Source: Trichosphaerium sp. ATCC 40318
Lineage: Eukaryota; Protista; Tubulinea
Direction: 5' to 3'
Assembly (NCBI GenBank): GCA_038496445.1
Contig: JALMLS010000044.1
Coordinates: 1-48,781, forward strand
DNA: 48,781 bases
Of this stretch, positions 1 to 10,547 are shown in pieces. Made by a program: the position numbers and the translations under genes. The notes under the pieces are model-generated. The model ran no database searches and was not told the DNA's origin. It was given only the letters and a program-made list of their open reading frames with translations. Positions within the stretch are counted from its first letter, which is position 1. The number at the start of each line of letters is the position of its first letter.

Positions 1-115
1 ATCGTGAAAACTAACAATGTCCTATTGAAGCAAACAAATCGCTGACATTGATAAAATACAGAAGGGATTGTGAAGTTGATACAAAGAATCTATCACTCAC
101 AGACAAAACGAAATA
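1..115 (+). pseudogene. Degenerate 3' fragment (intron end plus exon) paralogous to the tail of the 17734-19600 surface-protein gene
   Basis: aaaactaac..gtcctattgaag|caaacaaatcgctgacattgataaa..gggattgtga..ttgatacaaagaat matches the reverse complement of about 17955-18055 (KSLTLINYGRDCEIDTKNVSLTD). It has a 1-nt deletion after the acceptor and an early TAA, and is cut by the window edge. Confidence 0.7.
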
Positions 116-254
116 AACAAAAACGTGATTTCACCCAAAGCCTCCGTTTGAATACAATTTTATGTTCATATACTACCACTACGCATTACCGACAATGTTA
201 AACAAGGAAGCACATCAAAGAAAAGCCAAAAGTTGCTAGGTGTGAAAAATAAAA

Positions 255-510
255 TCAATCACATAAAAAAACACAATTCAATTAGCTTTTCTTCTTCAAG
301 TAACTCTTACGTATTTCTACGCAAGTTTATAAAGTTTTTAAGCCAACACACTTACTCAAATATTAAAGTACAAATAAAAAACAATAAAAAACGTTTTAAA
401 TGTGTTAATACTCAACTGGGAGTAGGTAGTTTACAAATATTCAAAAAGGAAAATGGGTGCACATCTTTCAGCAATTCCTCGTGCATTACTTAACACGTGC
501 TGTAAAACTT
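255..510 (+). repeat. Diverged direct repeat, copy 1 (upstream region, ATG and first intron of the 453 gene)
   Basis: aatcaatca..tagcttttct..tttctacgc..aaagtacaaataaa..gggagtaggta..gaaaatgggtgcacatcttt..aattcctcg..acgtgctgta recurs at about 1530-1755. Confidence 0.85.
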
Positions 511-1541
511 ATACAGTTAATCCTAAACGTAACCTCCAGTCGATGAGTAGGCGCCCCTCTCAAGTCACGTGCCTTGATACCAAGGCGCCTGCCAAACAAG
601 ATACAAACCAACCAGCTGTAAACTTCACGACCGAGCGTACACCTGAGGCAAATTATCGAATACCAGAGGTAAACTATGGAATACCGTACCAGGTACTTCA
701 TTGGTTGTAAACGCGATAATAACTTTGTATCTTTAGGCGGCTAGAATGACATACTCACAATACCACGCTTCTAAAGTCGATAGAAAGGTACTTTTTTTGT
801 TTCACATGTCAACGAAGTGACAAAACTAAAATACACAAACTAGACTTGCTCCACGAGACATCAAAAACAGTACGTTAACCATAAACTATTGTTCTCTTCT
901 TTGTTTCTGACTCTGTTGTGTTAGTTGGTAACCCTTTGTGGCTGGCTTTAATCGCTTACGAAATCGTAAACGAAATAGAGCATGCGTTACGATGCTACGC
1001 AATTTCTTGGGTAAAAGATGCCCGCAAAAGATTCCACAAAGCTCAGTATACTTCATATATGCATCTGCTTGAATCAGCAGACATCGCGTTGTTAGAGGAG
1101 CTTAAAATCTTTCGGGGCTACCCTAATCAAGAAAGAATAATACACAGCCAAAAATTCAGGAAGCGTACTCTACAGCAAAGCTGCTACGTAACGCTCGTTG
1201 CCATAATGCAGAGATAACTCTGAAGTTGGTTACTGAAGCTAGCGCAGGTGCTCCACTTTTAAAACTATGTGTGATAAAGCTGAGCGATGGATTTCGCGAA
1301 CTTACAAAAGTCAAAGACTTGCAAGGTCTGAAAACAGGCACGTGACAAAATAAAATGAAAAAGCATTAACTCTATTGTAGTCGCATTACGTATCCTTGAA
1401 GAACTAGGGATATTCCTGGAAGTAAACACGAAGGATTTTAGGAAGTTTGAGAAACAAGAAAAAAAAGAAAGCGCAAAGGTGACAAAGACTACAAAAAGTC
1501 CAAAAAACGCAAGATTAAAAAGAAGTTGTAATCAATCATAA
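453..1541 (+). pseudogene. Spliced gene for a putative Swt1/DZIP3-like HEPN-domain protein, interrupted by a frameshift
   Basis: Exons joined by GT-AG and GC-AG introns give ...LRCYAISWVKDA..ESADIALLEELKIF. After a frame change near 1125-1160 the sequence reads QEAYSTAKLLRNARCHNAEIT (RNxxxH motif). I found no intron that repairs the shift. Confidence 0.45.
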
Positions 1542-1755
1542 AAACACCCATTAAATAGCTTTTCTTTTACCACACAAAGTACCTTCGTTTTTCTACGCCA
1601 ATTCCAAATGTTAAAAGGAAAAAACTTACGCAAATAAAGTACAAATAAAGAGATAAAAACGTAATAACTCAAAGGGAGTAGGTAAATTACGATTAGAAAA
1701 TGGGTGCACATCTTTAGTAATTCCTCGCATATATCTATACGTGCTGTACAACTGT
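1530..1755 (+). repeat. Diverged direct repeat, copy 2 (truncated tandem duplicate, ATG at 1700)
   Basis: Same blocks as 255-510. The downstream reading frame closes quickly. Confidence 0.85.
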
Positions 1756-2997
1756 ACTCCTGGCTCTTTACAGGCCGTGAGAAAAGTTACATCTTTACAA
1801 ATTATCGTCTACGGCTAGCGCAAATACGCACATTGAAATTTATTGATAATTCAATGATAATTATTTGAACAACTTTCTCAATTCGTACCATCTCGTTTAA
1901 CAGTCTGTCCCAAGTCTTTCGCTAGTTCTTTTAGATAAGGCTTTACGGAATTTGAAGCTGTGACGGTAACTCCCATACAACCTGTGAAGACTTTTAGAAT
2001 ATGTTACTGTAAGTACTTTCAGGACACAATACAATGGTTTACCAAGCACTGGCCTTACGAGAGCCAACCACGCCCTTGAAACAAAGACTTAGAACCGATG
2101 GAGATTGCGTCATATTTGTTGTTGCCGTGTTAGCGTAATTAAGATGGTGCCAATTAGGTAATGCAAAACGTTCATAAAATCTCTAAAGTCAATAATTGGC
2201 TTTCCAATAGCACATAGTAAAAAATTGTTTTCTCGCTTCGAGGTGCTCCAAACCCTGGCCAGGCCATTTATTTTAGCGTCAAGTGAGAGGTATAACCAGC
2301 GCCCCAAATACAGATCTCCCAGTACTTCAATACCTCAGCAATACAAGCGGTAATAAATGGCACGTTTCTATGAAGTTTTTAGTAGCCAAGTTTAAGGATT
2401 AGGTAAGTCCCGTTATGTATGTTGATGATCAAACTATTGTTGTAACAGTTGTAACACGTGATGGTGACATAGCTTCTATTATTACTTCACTAACACCAAA
2501 AGACATATTCAGGTAAGTTGTTGTCATAGTTTTTAGACTAGATCCCAAGCTGTTGTCCTAAAAACTGAACAAACACCGTTGTAGTATCAGTGTCTTCTTT
2601 GATGGCAACAACTATTGTTTAATAACAATTGTCAGCCATTAGTATGACTGCAAGCACTTCAACTTAGAGTCATGTATTTTAATCTGCTGTTTAGAGGGTC
2701 ATTTGATTGTTGTACTTGGGTTTACCAACAGAAGTACGCATGTGACGAGACTGGTATGCACGAAAACTTAGCATCGTGGTGGCTAGAAGAAGCCTAGTAA
2801 GTTGTTAAGATTAAAGCATACGCCAACCATCAGTAGTATACCTGTTACACTGCAAAGCTGCAAAAAACCAACTTACGTAGTAGATAATTTCTGGCTTAGC
2901 CTTTGGTAATTAAAGACACCTTTATATAACAGGTAAAGAGAACTCCGTTTCTTTATTTCTTTTTTTGTACAACACAAATACTCTATTATACAATGAT

Positions 2998-5033
2998 TTA
3001 ATCATCGTCATCATCAAAGCTTGAACCTATTGAGAAAGTAAATAAACAAATCAATCAAGAAAAACAAGAAAAAATTAATTCAATGAAAAATGTTTCACGT
3101 ACCCTTTTGTTGCTGTTGTACTGTAAGTGCTCTCTTAGTATCAAGCCACTTAAGTTCCCAATCAATTTCACGTTGCTTAGCCATTGGATCGCTATATTGC
3201 CAATGTCTAAACTCAGTTGGCATTTCCTCTGGTTGTCTAAAATCGGTAGGGAATGGTGAAGGGAAAATATTAGGCCTGTAAAGGCAATCAGATACTTCAA
3301 CCCAACTTCCTTTTGGTCCAGGGATACTTCCTTTTACATATAATATATTTTTCTTGACATTCACTTTAATCAACTATAAAAACGAAGGTGAGATACAACA
3401 AACAAGAAAAAAAGAAAAAATTAAGAAAACCAAACAAATGGATAAACACAACTCATCACACAGTGATGCCACATGCGATCTATACATGAAAATTTTACAG
3501 CATACATAGGTATCACACAATGTGTAGAGACTCATAAGGCCTTTCTGGATTGAAAAAAAAAACTGCCAGAAAAAAGTACCTTAATATGAGTCATTCTCTT
3601 TCCAACACCTCCATCATGTCCAGCCATACGTTTACCTTTCCATACTTTACCAGGCCACTGACAAGCACCAATACCACCGACTGCACGATGAGTTTTGGAT
3701 ACACCATGAGTAGCACGTTGACCGCTCATATTATGTCTTTGCATAACACCTTGAATACCAAAACTCTTGCTAACAAAAAAAGTTAAACAATTTCCTTAGA
3801 AACCAACAAAAAGCTGTTGTTTTCGCATTACTGAAATAAAGTAAATTTCAAAAAAGCTTCAGATATCAAACAAGTTCCACATGACGCTCTCCCGAGCTTC
3901 GTGTCACTGATTTTCTCATCATTAGCATTTGGTTTTTGTCAAAATCCAAATCGTTACGCATGAATAGTGTTTTGAAGAGGTTTCAAAAACAAAAATTCTT
4001 TGTCCTTCATTCTAACGTACGTTATGCCATATACATCTAAAAATTGACCTGCTCTAAAGTGATTTGCATTAAGCTCTGTGCCAACAGGTACAATAGCATC
4101 TTGTGTAACAGGGAACTCACGAAGCAACTTCTTAGGTTCAATACCAGTTCTTTTATATTGTCCAAGAACGGCCTTATTCATCCTCTTAACATTACCAACA
4201 CCAGCTCCAATCTGAACAGCTGTATACCCATTATTATGTTCAGTTCTTATTTCTGTTACTTGATTTCCTTGAACGGAAAGAAGAGTACAAGCTAAGAAGC
4301 GATTAATAAGCGTCTTACAAAATGACAGAATTATTTGTTTAAAAACCGCTAAAACAAGCGTTCTTGACATTAAATTGAGCCGAAATGGCGTCAGCGTTGG
4401 TTTTTATTGAAATATTTGTAACACGTACGCGTTGGTTTGCCCCACCAGTCCAATTCTGTTTTCATACCAATTTTCTTGGCGATAAGGCCTACACGCCTCT
4501 GTCTCTCTGATTTCCAACCAGTGTTCTGCAATTGTATTTAAAAAATGTCACAATGAAAACAAAAAGCTTTTGAAAGCAATATACAAGCCATCACGTACGT
4601 AGTCATCAAACTTACCGCCTTCACATTGCCATGCTTGTTTTCTTATGCGAAGACGTAGTGTATCTTCCTTTTCCCACCTAGTCACATCCTCAGCTGTATA
4701 ACCTGACTTCTCCAAATGGTCTTCCCATTCTACAAGCAAATTAGTGAGTCTGACATTGTAAACACCCTCAAGGCGCTCAGTAACGCTTAAGAGTGTTAAT
4801 ACTTGCTTCCAATAGCACTAAGATAAAAAAATGTTTGCTGCTATACGCAACCCTGACTTCACGCATTCACGGCATGTATTCGTACCTGCGGTGGAGATAA
4901 GCATCATTTTTGTAGGACCAATAGGCTTTCCAGATGGAAACTGCGCTCGTTTCCCTTTACCACCACGCGTGTTGTTTCTGGCTTCGTGAAGCATAGGCGA
5001 AGAACGCATGTATAATGCCATACGCGCCGCCAT
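2998..5033 (-). CDS. MRPL3: Mitochondrial ribosomal protein uL3m, multi-exon
   Basis: Bacterial-type L3 motifs across exons: RVGLIAKKIGM, GYTAVQIGAG, KLLREFPVT, HFRAGQFLDV, GVMQRHNMSGQRATHGVSKTHRAVG, PGKVWKGKRMAGH, NILYVKGSIPGPKG. There is a basic N-terminal presequence-like extension. The start could be 5033, 5021 or 5009. Confidence 0.93.
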
Positions 5034-5034
5034 T

Positions 5035-7913
5035 ATGATCCACAAGCGACAATTTAAAGGGGTGTGAGTGTATTGATTGTGGTAGCGCTGAAGAACGAAA
5101 AAAACCGCGACATTTGGTCAAACAGCGTCTATTCTTGTGTGGACATAACGTATGCCTTACACACTAAAATATGGAATTTGAGAGTGCATCTGTGCGCACA
5201 GAATCCAGAACTACTGCTTCAAAAAGTGCGTTTTGGCTGGGTTGCGCCTGGCAATCCTATATAAAGGAATGCGGTAAAAAGGCGTACTGGTAAGCCATTT
5301 AATGGTATTATTCGCCAGCTTAAAGCGTTTTAGGTCATCGGTTGGTTTGGCCCCTACCAATCCGGGTAAAGAGTGCTGTTTGCCCCTATTGCCCTAACGT
5401 TACTAGAGTTCCGAAAAATATTTAGGGAAAAGTACAGAGGAGGTGTTGTGTTTTGGACGGGCAAAATAAGCAAAATACAGCAAGCAGTGACCTATAGAAA
5501 GTCATCACAGAAAGTAATTGTGGCAATGACGCCTCCTGACAGAAAGGCATGCTCTAATTAGTTAAAACAGCGTTATTTCTAACTAGAGCGTTAAAGGAGG
5601 GCGATATACGCCTCAGCGTGTCATCTGATACCGTAACTTCGAAATTTGAGTGCGGATCTACTATCATGTTTCTTGTGCGTGTAGAATATCATCATATCGC
5701 TTATGATCTCGATTTTAACGATAAATTTAGGGTTGTCTCCAAAAGCAAGGCGGAAAATTGACTCCACACCACATGCATTGTATAAACTACACTATCATTG
5801 ACAATGATAACATATCAGACGCTCAAATGAACGCTCGCATTGTACGTGTCGTCACCTATCGATCTTTTTTTTTCAGTAAAATTCGCTTATCGGTTTACCT
5901 ACAGGCTCTATGTATGTTTGATTTCATAGGCCCTGAGTGGGATTATTTTAGTAAGCTAGAACGCGTTGAAATGGACCGTTACGTGTGCGTGCAAACACGT
6001 TTTTTTTTGTAAATTCTTTTGAAGCGATTTTCCGCAATTCCAAAAAAACAAACCATAGATGTCTACAGATATCTCTTATATTGGTGGATGTAATGTATAT
6101 ATGTCGGTTTAATTTATTATTAGGGGTACACTTGTTATGTGGCAAGGGTTAGTCGCTCAATCGGTTGTACATGAACACGACACTATCGTGAAGTTATCGA
6201 TGGTTCCAAAACTTTGTGAGATTTCAAGTTTTACAAGCACTAATTCTACTCTTCTAACACATGATGTGTTACTTACTGTTCCTAATGCGAGTACGCATAA
6301 TGGTTTATAGTTTATTACTGGTTTAAGAAGAGAGCAATCGATTTTTTTGATTTTCACTAAAAATTTATGTGGTTTGACATTTTTGTGCTTTAGAGATGAT
6401 AGAATTGGCTGATGGAGACTCTGTTCATTTCCTAGCTACCGTACAGAGCGTCACAAACCAACAATATGGTAGTTTGGAATTAACATTAGACTGTTTTTGG
6501 GATTTTGAACAGACTTACGAAGAGGCAACAAAAAAAGCACACAAGACTCGACCTAGGCTACGGTTTAAAGATTATTATGCTGATAAGTATGTGTACACGT
6601 TAGAAATAACTGTTGTATAGCTGTTTTAGCGTTGTTAATGTATTTTAGGGCGCAGTATGATTTATACGCTTCAAAGTATCTTGGTCATCATATCAGAGCT
6701 AAAGGGCGTGTTGTGGGGAAGATACCGCCAAATGTAATTGAAATAACACCTTTTAATGTACGTTCTCGACATATCTTCGAGGTTTTAAGTAATCGCTAAA
6801 ATACTGTACCTTAGTCTGACAGAGAAGAACTGCTAGACATGACACTGCGTTGTCTACTGCCAGAACATAAACGTGACCTATCACTATTTTCTATAAATGA
6901 TCTGGTGACTTGTTCAGGTACGATGAAAAGTTCTGGAATGCTGAGATATTGCTTGTTGTTAAGTTGAGGTTTTTTTTGGTTTACTAAAATGATATGAGTA
7001 GGAGTGTTACGGCCTGTTGAGGGATATGTTATTGAAGGAGTTCATGTAAAGGATATAAATAGAGTTAGTACATTCTCTTCAGTGAGTATGATGTATGCTG
7101 ATTCTGAGTACGGGCTTCGTGGTCGTGAGTCGTTATTTAAAAGTTTGGTATGTGGTTACTTTTTTTTTCTTTCGCTATTTTGTACTTATTTCTTTTTAGA
7201 GTGCTGAAGTTCCTATGCAAGTTCCCGGCGATCCTGTTATAGCTAATAAACGTCCTAAAAGACATAGATCTTTATCGAAGCCAGTAAGGGCAAAAGGTGA
7301 TATTACCTCAGCATCGAAGAAGAAACGGACTCCTTTTGGTTAGTTCTCATGATATTACGTTTTTCTAGCTTGATAGTTCAGAGGATTTGTTGATTTTTTC
7401 TTAAATAACTGGCTAATAATTTATGTAGGCGGTATAAGACGTTTTGGAAAAGGAACGCAGCAACAGTATCCGTTATTGTCAGTATTTGTATTTATGGTTC
7501 TTTTTCTTACAATTTACTGGTATTCTCCAACACCTTTTTACCGATTTTTGGGTATGTCATGTCACCACTCTTCAAGCCTTTTCACTGGGCTGTCCCTGAT
7601 GTTAACGTATTCTAAATAATGTATTTGTTTAGGTCTGGCTGCTATATGTAATGTTTGGTGGATATCAGCTTTGTGGAAAGGATTTCTTGAGATTCCTATT
7701 TTATTCTTAAAATTTTTATACCCTGAGACAGCTTATGATGATGTTTATACAAAAGCGTCTAAAAAAGCATCCAATTTATTAAGTCTTATATGGTCTTTTC
7801 TTAGTAATTCTTGGAAGTTGGTTCTTACTATTTTTTTTGTTGCAAATGTATTTATCATTGCTTATGTTATTGCTGCAAGTTTGGGTAATAACGTGGCAAC
7901 ACCAAAATTGTAA
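5035..7913 (+). CDS. Uncharacterised multi-exon membrane protein with about 3 repeated OB-fold-like units and C-terminal TM helices
   Basis: Hand-spliced exons give ECGKKAYW..FREKYRGGVVFWTGKI, YWWMGTLVMWQGLV and SKYLGHHIRAKGRVVG. Hydrophobic segments LLSVFVFMVLFLTIYW and LVLTIFFVANVFIIAYVIAASL lie near the end. Stop at 7911-7913; the 5' end is uncertain. Confidence 0.6.
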
Positions 7914-8356
7914 AAGGTATTTAAGAAAAAAGTTGTAAAGTATTAACAGAAAAAAAAGAAGATAAATAAAAACCTTGTAAATAATACCACCGCTAGTGAA
8001 AATGTGATGGCTATCATTTGAGCCATTTGGCTGAACAAACAACCTTGTAAATACGCTACATCTCCTTTTCTACGCATATTAATAATAAGCGTAGCACTTT
8101 TATCTTGTATGAAAGTTTGGTGGGCACTATGCCCAGAAATGTGTTATTCACATTGTTTTCTTAGCTTTCTCATTCATCTTGTCTATATTGTAGATGTTGT
8201 ACATGCTATAAAGTACGTTTTTTAAGACCCAACGCAGGTACCATACAATTTCAAAGCACGTGCCATTCCTATAGTCAACGACCCTAAAATTTTAGTAAAG
8301 AATAGTTCTGATCCATCAAAAACTAATGACAGTGGCTGGAGGGTTAACCTTATGTA

Positions 8357-8907
8357 TTAGGCTTTATTACAGCATCCACACTTGCTACAAGTAGACCACA
8401 AGCGCCAAGTGTTTGAACCGTAACCAAAAACTTTCTTAGCACAGTTAAGGTTAGCACTTACACCACAAGGAGCAGAACCTCCGTTACAGTCATTCCAGTT
8501 TACAGTATTGATTTGCCATAATCCAACGTCTGTGCTTCCATTGCTGTTACCGTTCATAGCGTTTGCGTTACCACCACTTTCTGCTTTAGCGATACACTCA
8601 CAACACGCTTGGCTCCATCCAGTGTATTGTCTACATTGGCTACAGAGAAGGCAAAAGTCAAAAGAAAAGTTTTTTTTATCTTTTTGGTGTTTACAGTTTA
8701 ACCGTACGTTGAAATATCCACGTAGTTCGATGAGGTACCACAAGGGCATGATGTACATCTACCACCAGGACAGTTACCCTAAATTATGGTCATTCACGTG
8801 GGTTTATTAGGAATGGAGTTAAAGAAGGCTCGTACGCCGCAAGTGTCGCATAGGATCGCCACAGGAAGGGCTAAAAAAAGTAAAGCGAGAACAGGAGACA
8901 TTGTCAT
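8357..8907 (-). CDS. Secreted Cys-rich lysozyme-like protein (GH22/GH23 lysozyme superfamily), 3 exons
   Basis: Signal peptide MSPVLALLFLALPVAILC; Cys-rich N-terminus TCGGNCPGGRCTSCPCG; catalytic signature IAKAESGGNANAMNGNSNGSTDVGLWQIN. Confidence 0.88.
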
Positions 8908-9139
8908 CGAGAATAGAATTTTTTTGAGCAATGTCTTAACCGCACTGTTAAGGCAGAGGATGTGAATCAATAAAGCAGTAGCAGAAGAAAGAGACCGCGT
9001 ATTCCTGTTTCTCTTCTTTTAAACAACTTTATTGGATTGCGAAACGATCAAAGAGTTCACTTATGATGTGTTCTTAACTTACATGTTTTGGAGTGCGCTG
9101 CGTTACCTACCATGTACTTCTTTTTAGAAGTAATAGTGC

Positions 9140-10084
9140 TTAGATATCAGAAATCATTTGAGTGCTTCTACTCAGTAATCTTATACAACGGTTGCTGACA
9201 CGTGTACCAAAAACGTTAATTTTCTTTGCACCAGCTAAATCAGAAATACTTGAGTCTGTGACATTCGTATGACTAACGTTAATAGTATGTACACCAGATA
9301 AAGCTCTTACTCCTTTATCACCAACCTTAGTATTCGTAAGATCAATAAAATAAACACCACCAAGAGCCGATACACCCTCATCTCCAACAAAAGTATGACA
9401 AAGCCATATAGTATGTACACCAGCAAGCGCCTTGACTCCCTTATCGCCAACGTAAGTATTCTTCAAATTAATAGAATGCACTCCAGCAAGAGCAGCAACA
9501 CCATCGCCTACCCTTGTATATGAAAGATTAATCTTATGAACACCAGCCAAGGCACCAAGTGAATCATCAGATATATGTGTACTACTAACGTCTAATGTAT
9601 GTACTCCTCTTAAAAATCGAAATCCGTAGTCTCTTATACCACCACATGCTTTTAGACTTACTGTATGTACGCCTTTCAAGTGCCTAATGTCTTCACTTAC
9701 TATTCTAGTACAATACGCAAGGTTTATCCTTCTTACATCTTTAAATAATTTCAAACTCTTTCCGGTCAATGTTGTCTGATAACTCATGTCTATTGAATGC
9801 GCAGTACGTATATACTTGAATTGCTTCTTCTTTAGTTCACCGTATATACGTATATGTGTTGTTTGGAAACTACAGGGGCATTGTTTGCTGAATTTTTTAA
9901 CTTCTTTTGGACGTAGCATGATTATTCTGCAGTTTTTGTTGTACCCTAAATGTCTTTTCGCTATCATAGCTATTAGTGTGCATGTACGCGTTATAACGCT
10001 CATATAATTTGTATCTAGGTATCCTAATATCATAACGATCAGTTCTATTGGTAAAAACTCAAAAAACGGAGTCTCGTTGTCCAT
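9140..10084 (-). CDS. Intronless F-box/leucine-rich repeat protein (divergent paralog, about 10 LRRs)
   Basis: N-terminal F-box-like FEFLPIELIVMILGYL..TCTLIAMIA, followed by about 22-aa repeats LAGVHxIxLxxTxVxDxGVxA. Uninterrupted 314-aa ORF. Confidence 0.88.
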   Translation of the reverse strand: MDNETPFFEFLPIELIVMILGYLDTNYMSVITRTCTLIAMIAKRHLGYNKNCRIIMLRPKEVKKFSKQCPCSFQTTHIRIYGELKKKQFKYIRTAHSIDMSYQTTLTGKSLKLFKDVRRINLAYCTRIVSEDIRHLKGVHTVSLKACGGIRDYGFRFLRGVHTLDVSSTHISDDSLGALAGVHKINLSYTRVGDGVAALAGVHSINLKNTYVGDKGVKALAGVHTIWLCHTFVGDEGVSALGGVYFIDLTNTKVGDKGVRALSGVHTINVSHTNVTDSSISDLAGAKKINVFGTRVSNRCIRLLSRSTQMISDI

Positions 10085-10547
10085 TAATGTTTAATATACG
10101 TTTATATCTCTTCAAACAATGTTCGATCACGTGAATTTGTACAAATAATGTTGAATTTACAGTGACTGAATCGATTCGTTACATTAAACGGCCACGATTT
10201 TCAATAATAGATAATCGAGGTCTACTCATAGGTAAAACGAAGTAACTAGCGCCAACTGTTTTTTTTTTCCGAATTGTCACCCTTTTTTTCTGACAAAAAC
10301 TAACGCAAGTTATTTGCATGTGTCAGCGTTGATAGCATAGTTTCTCCTTAGATAACGACCGTTGCAACAATCGATTAAGGCTAGCACGTGCCAAGTGTCA
10401 TTCCATAAATTGCGCTGATATACGTGCAATAACTTTACTGTAATGTTGTCTGATGTTTTTGCAGGGCGCGATTTAGAGTTGCAGTTAAGGCTTGTTTTGG
10501 AACTTCTTAAGGAAACTTGCGTGTTATTGTTGAACGGTTCTCTAACC

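Noticed and set aside
1760-2900. Exon-like pieces with GTAAGT donors
   Set aside because: I could not assemble an open frame or recognise a domain; possibly a decayed gene.
4941-4960. Possible 20-nt GT-AG micro-intron in MRPL3
   Set aside because: A simpler model with one intron of about 150 nt (ISTA|EWEDH) keeps the frame without it.
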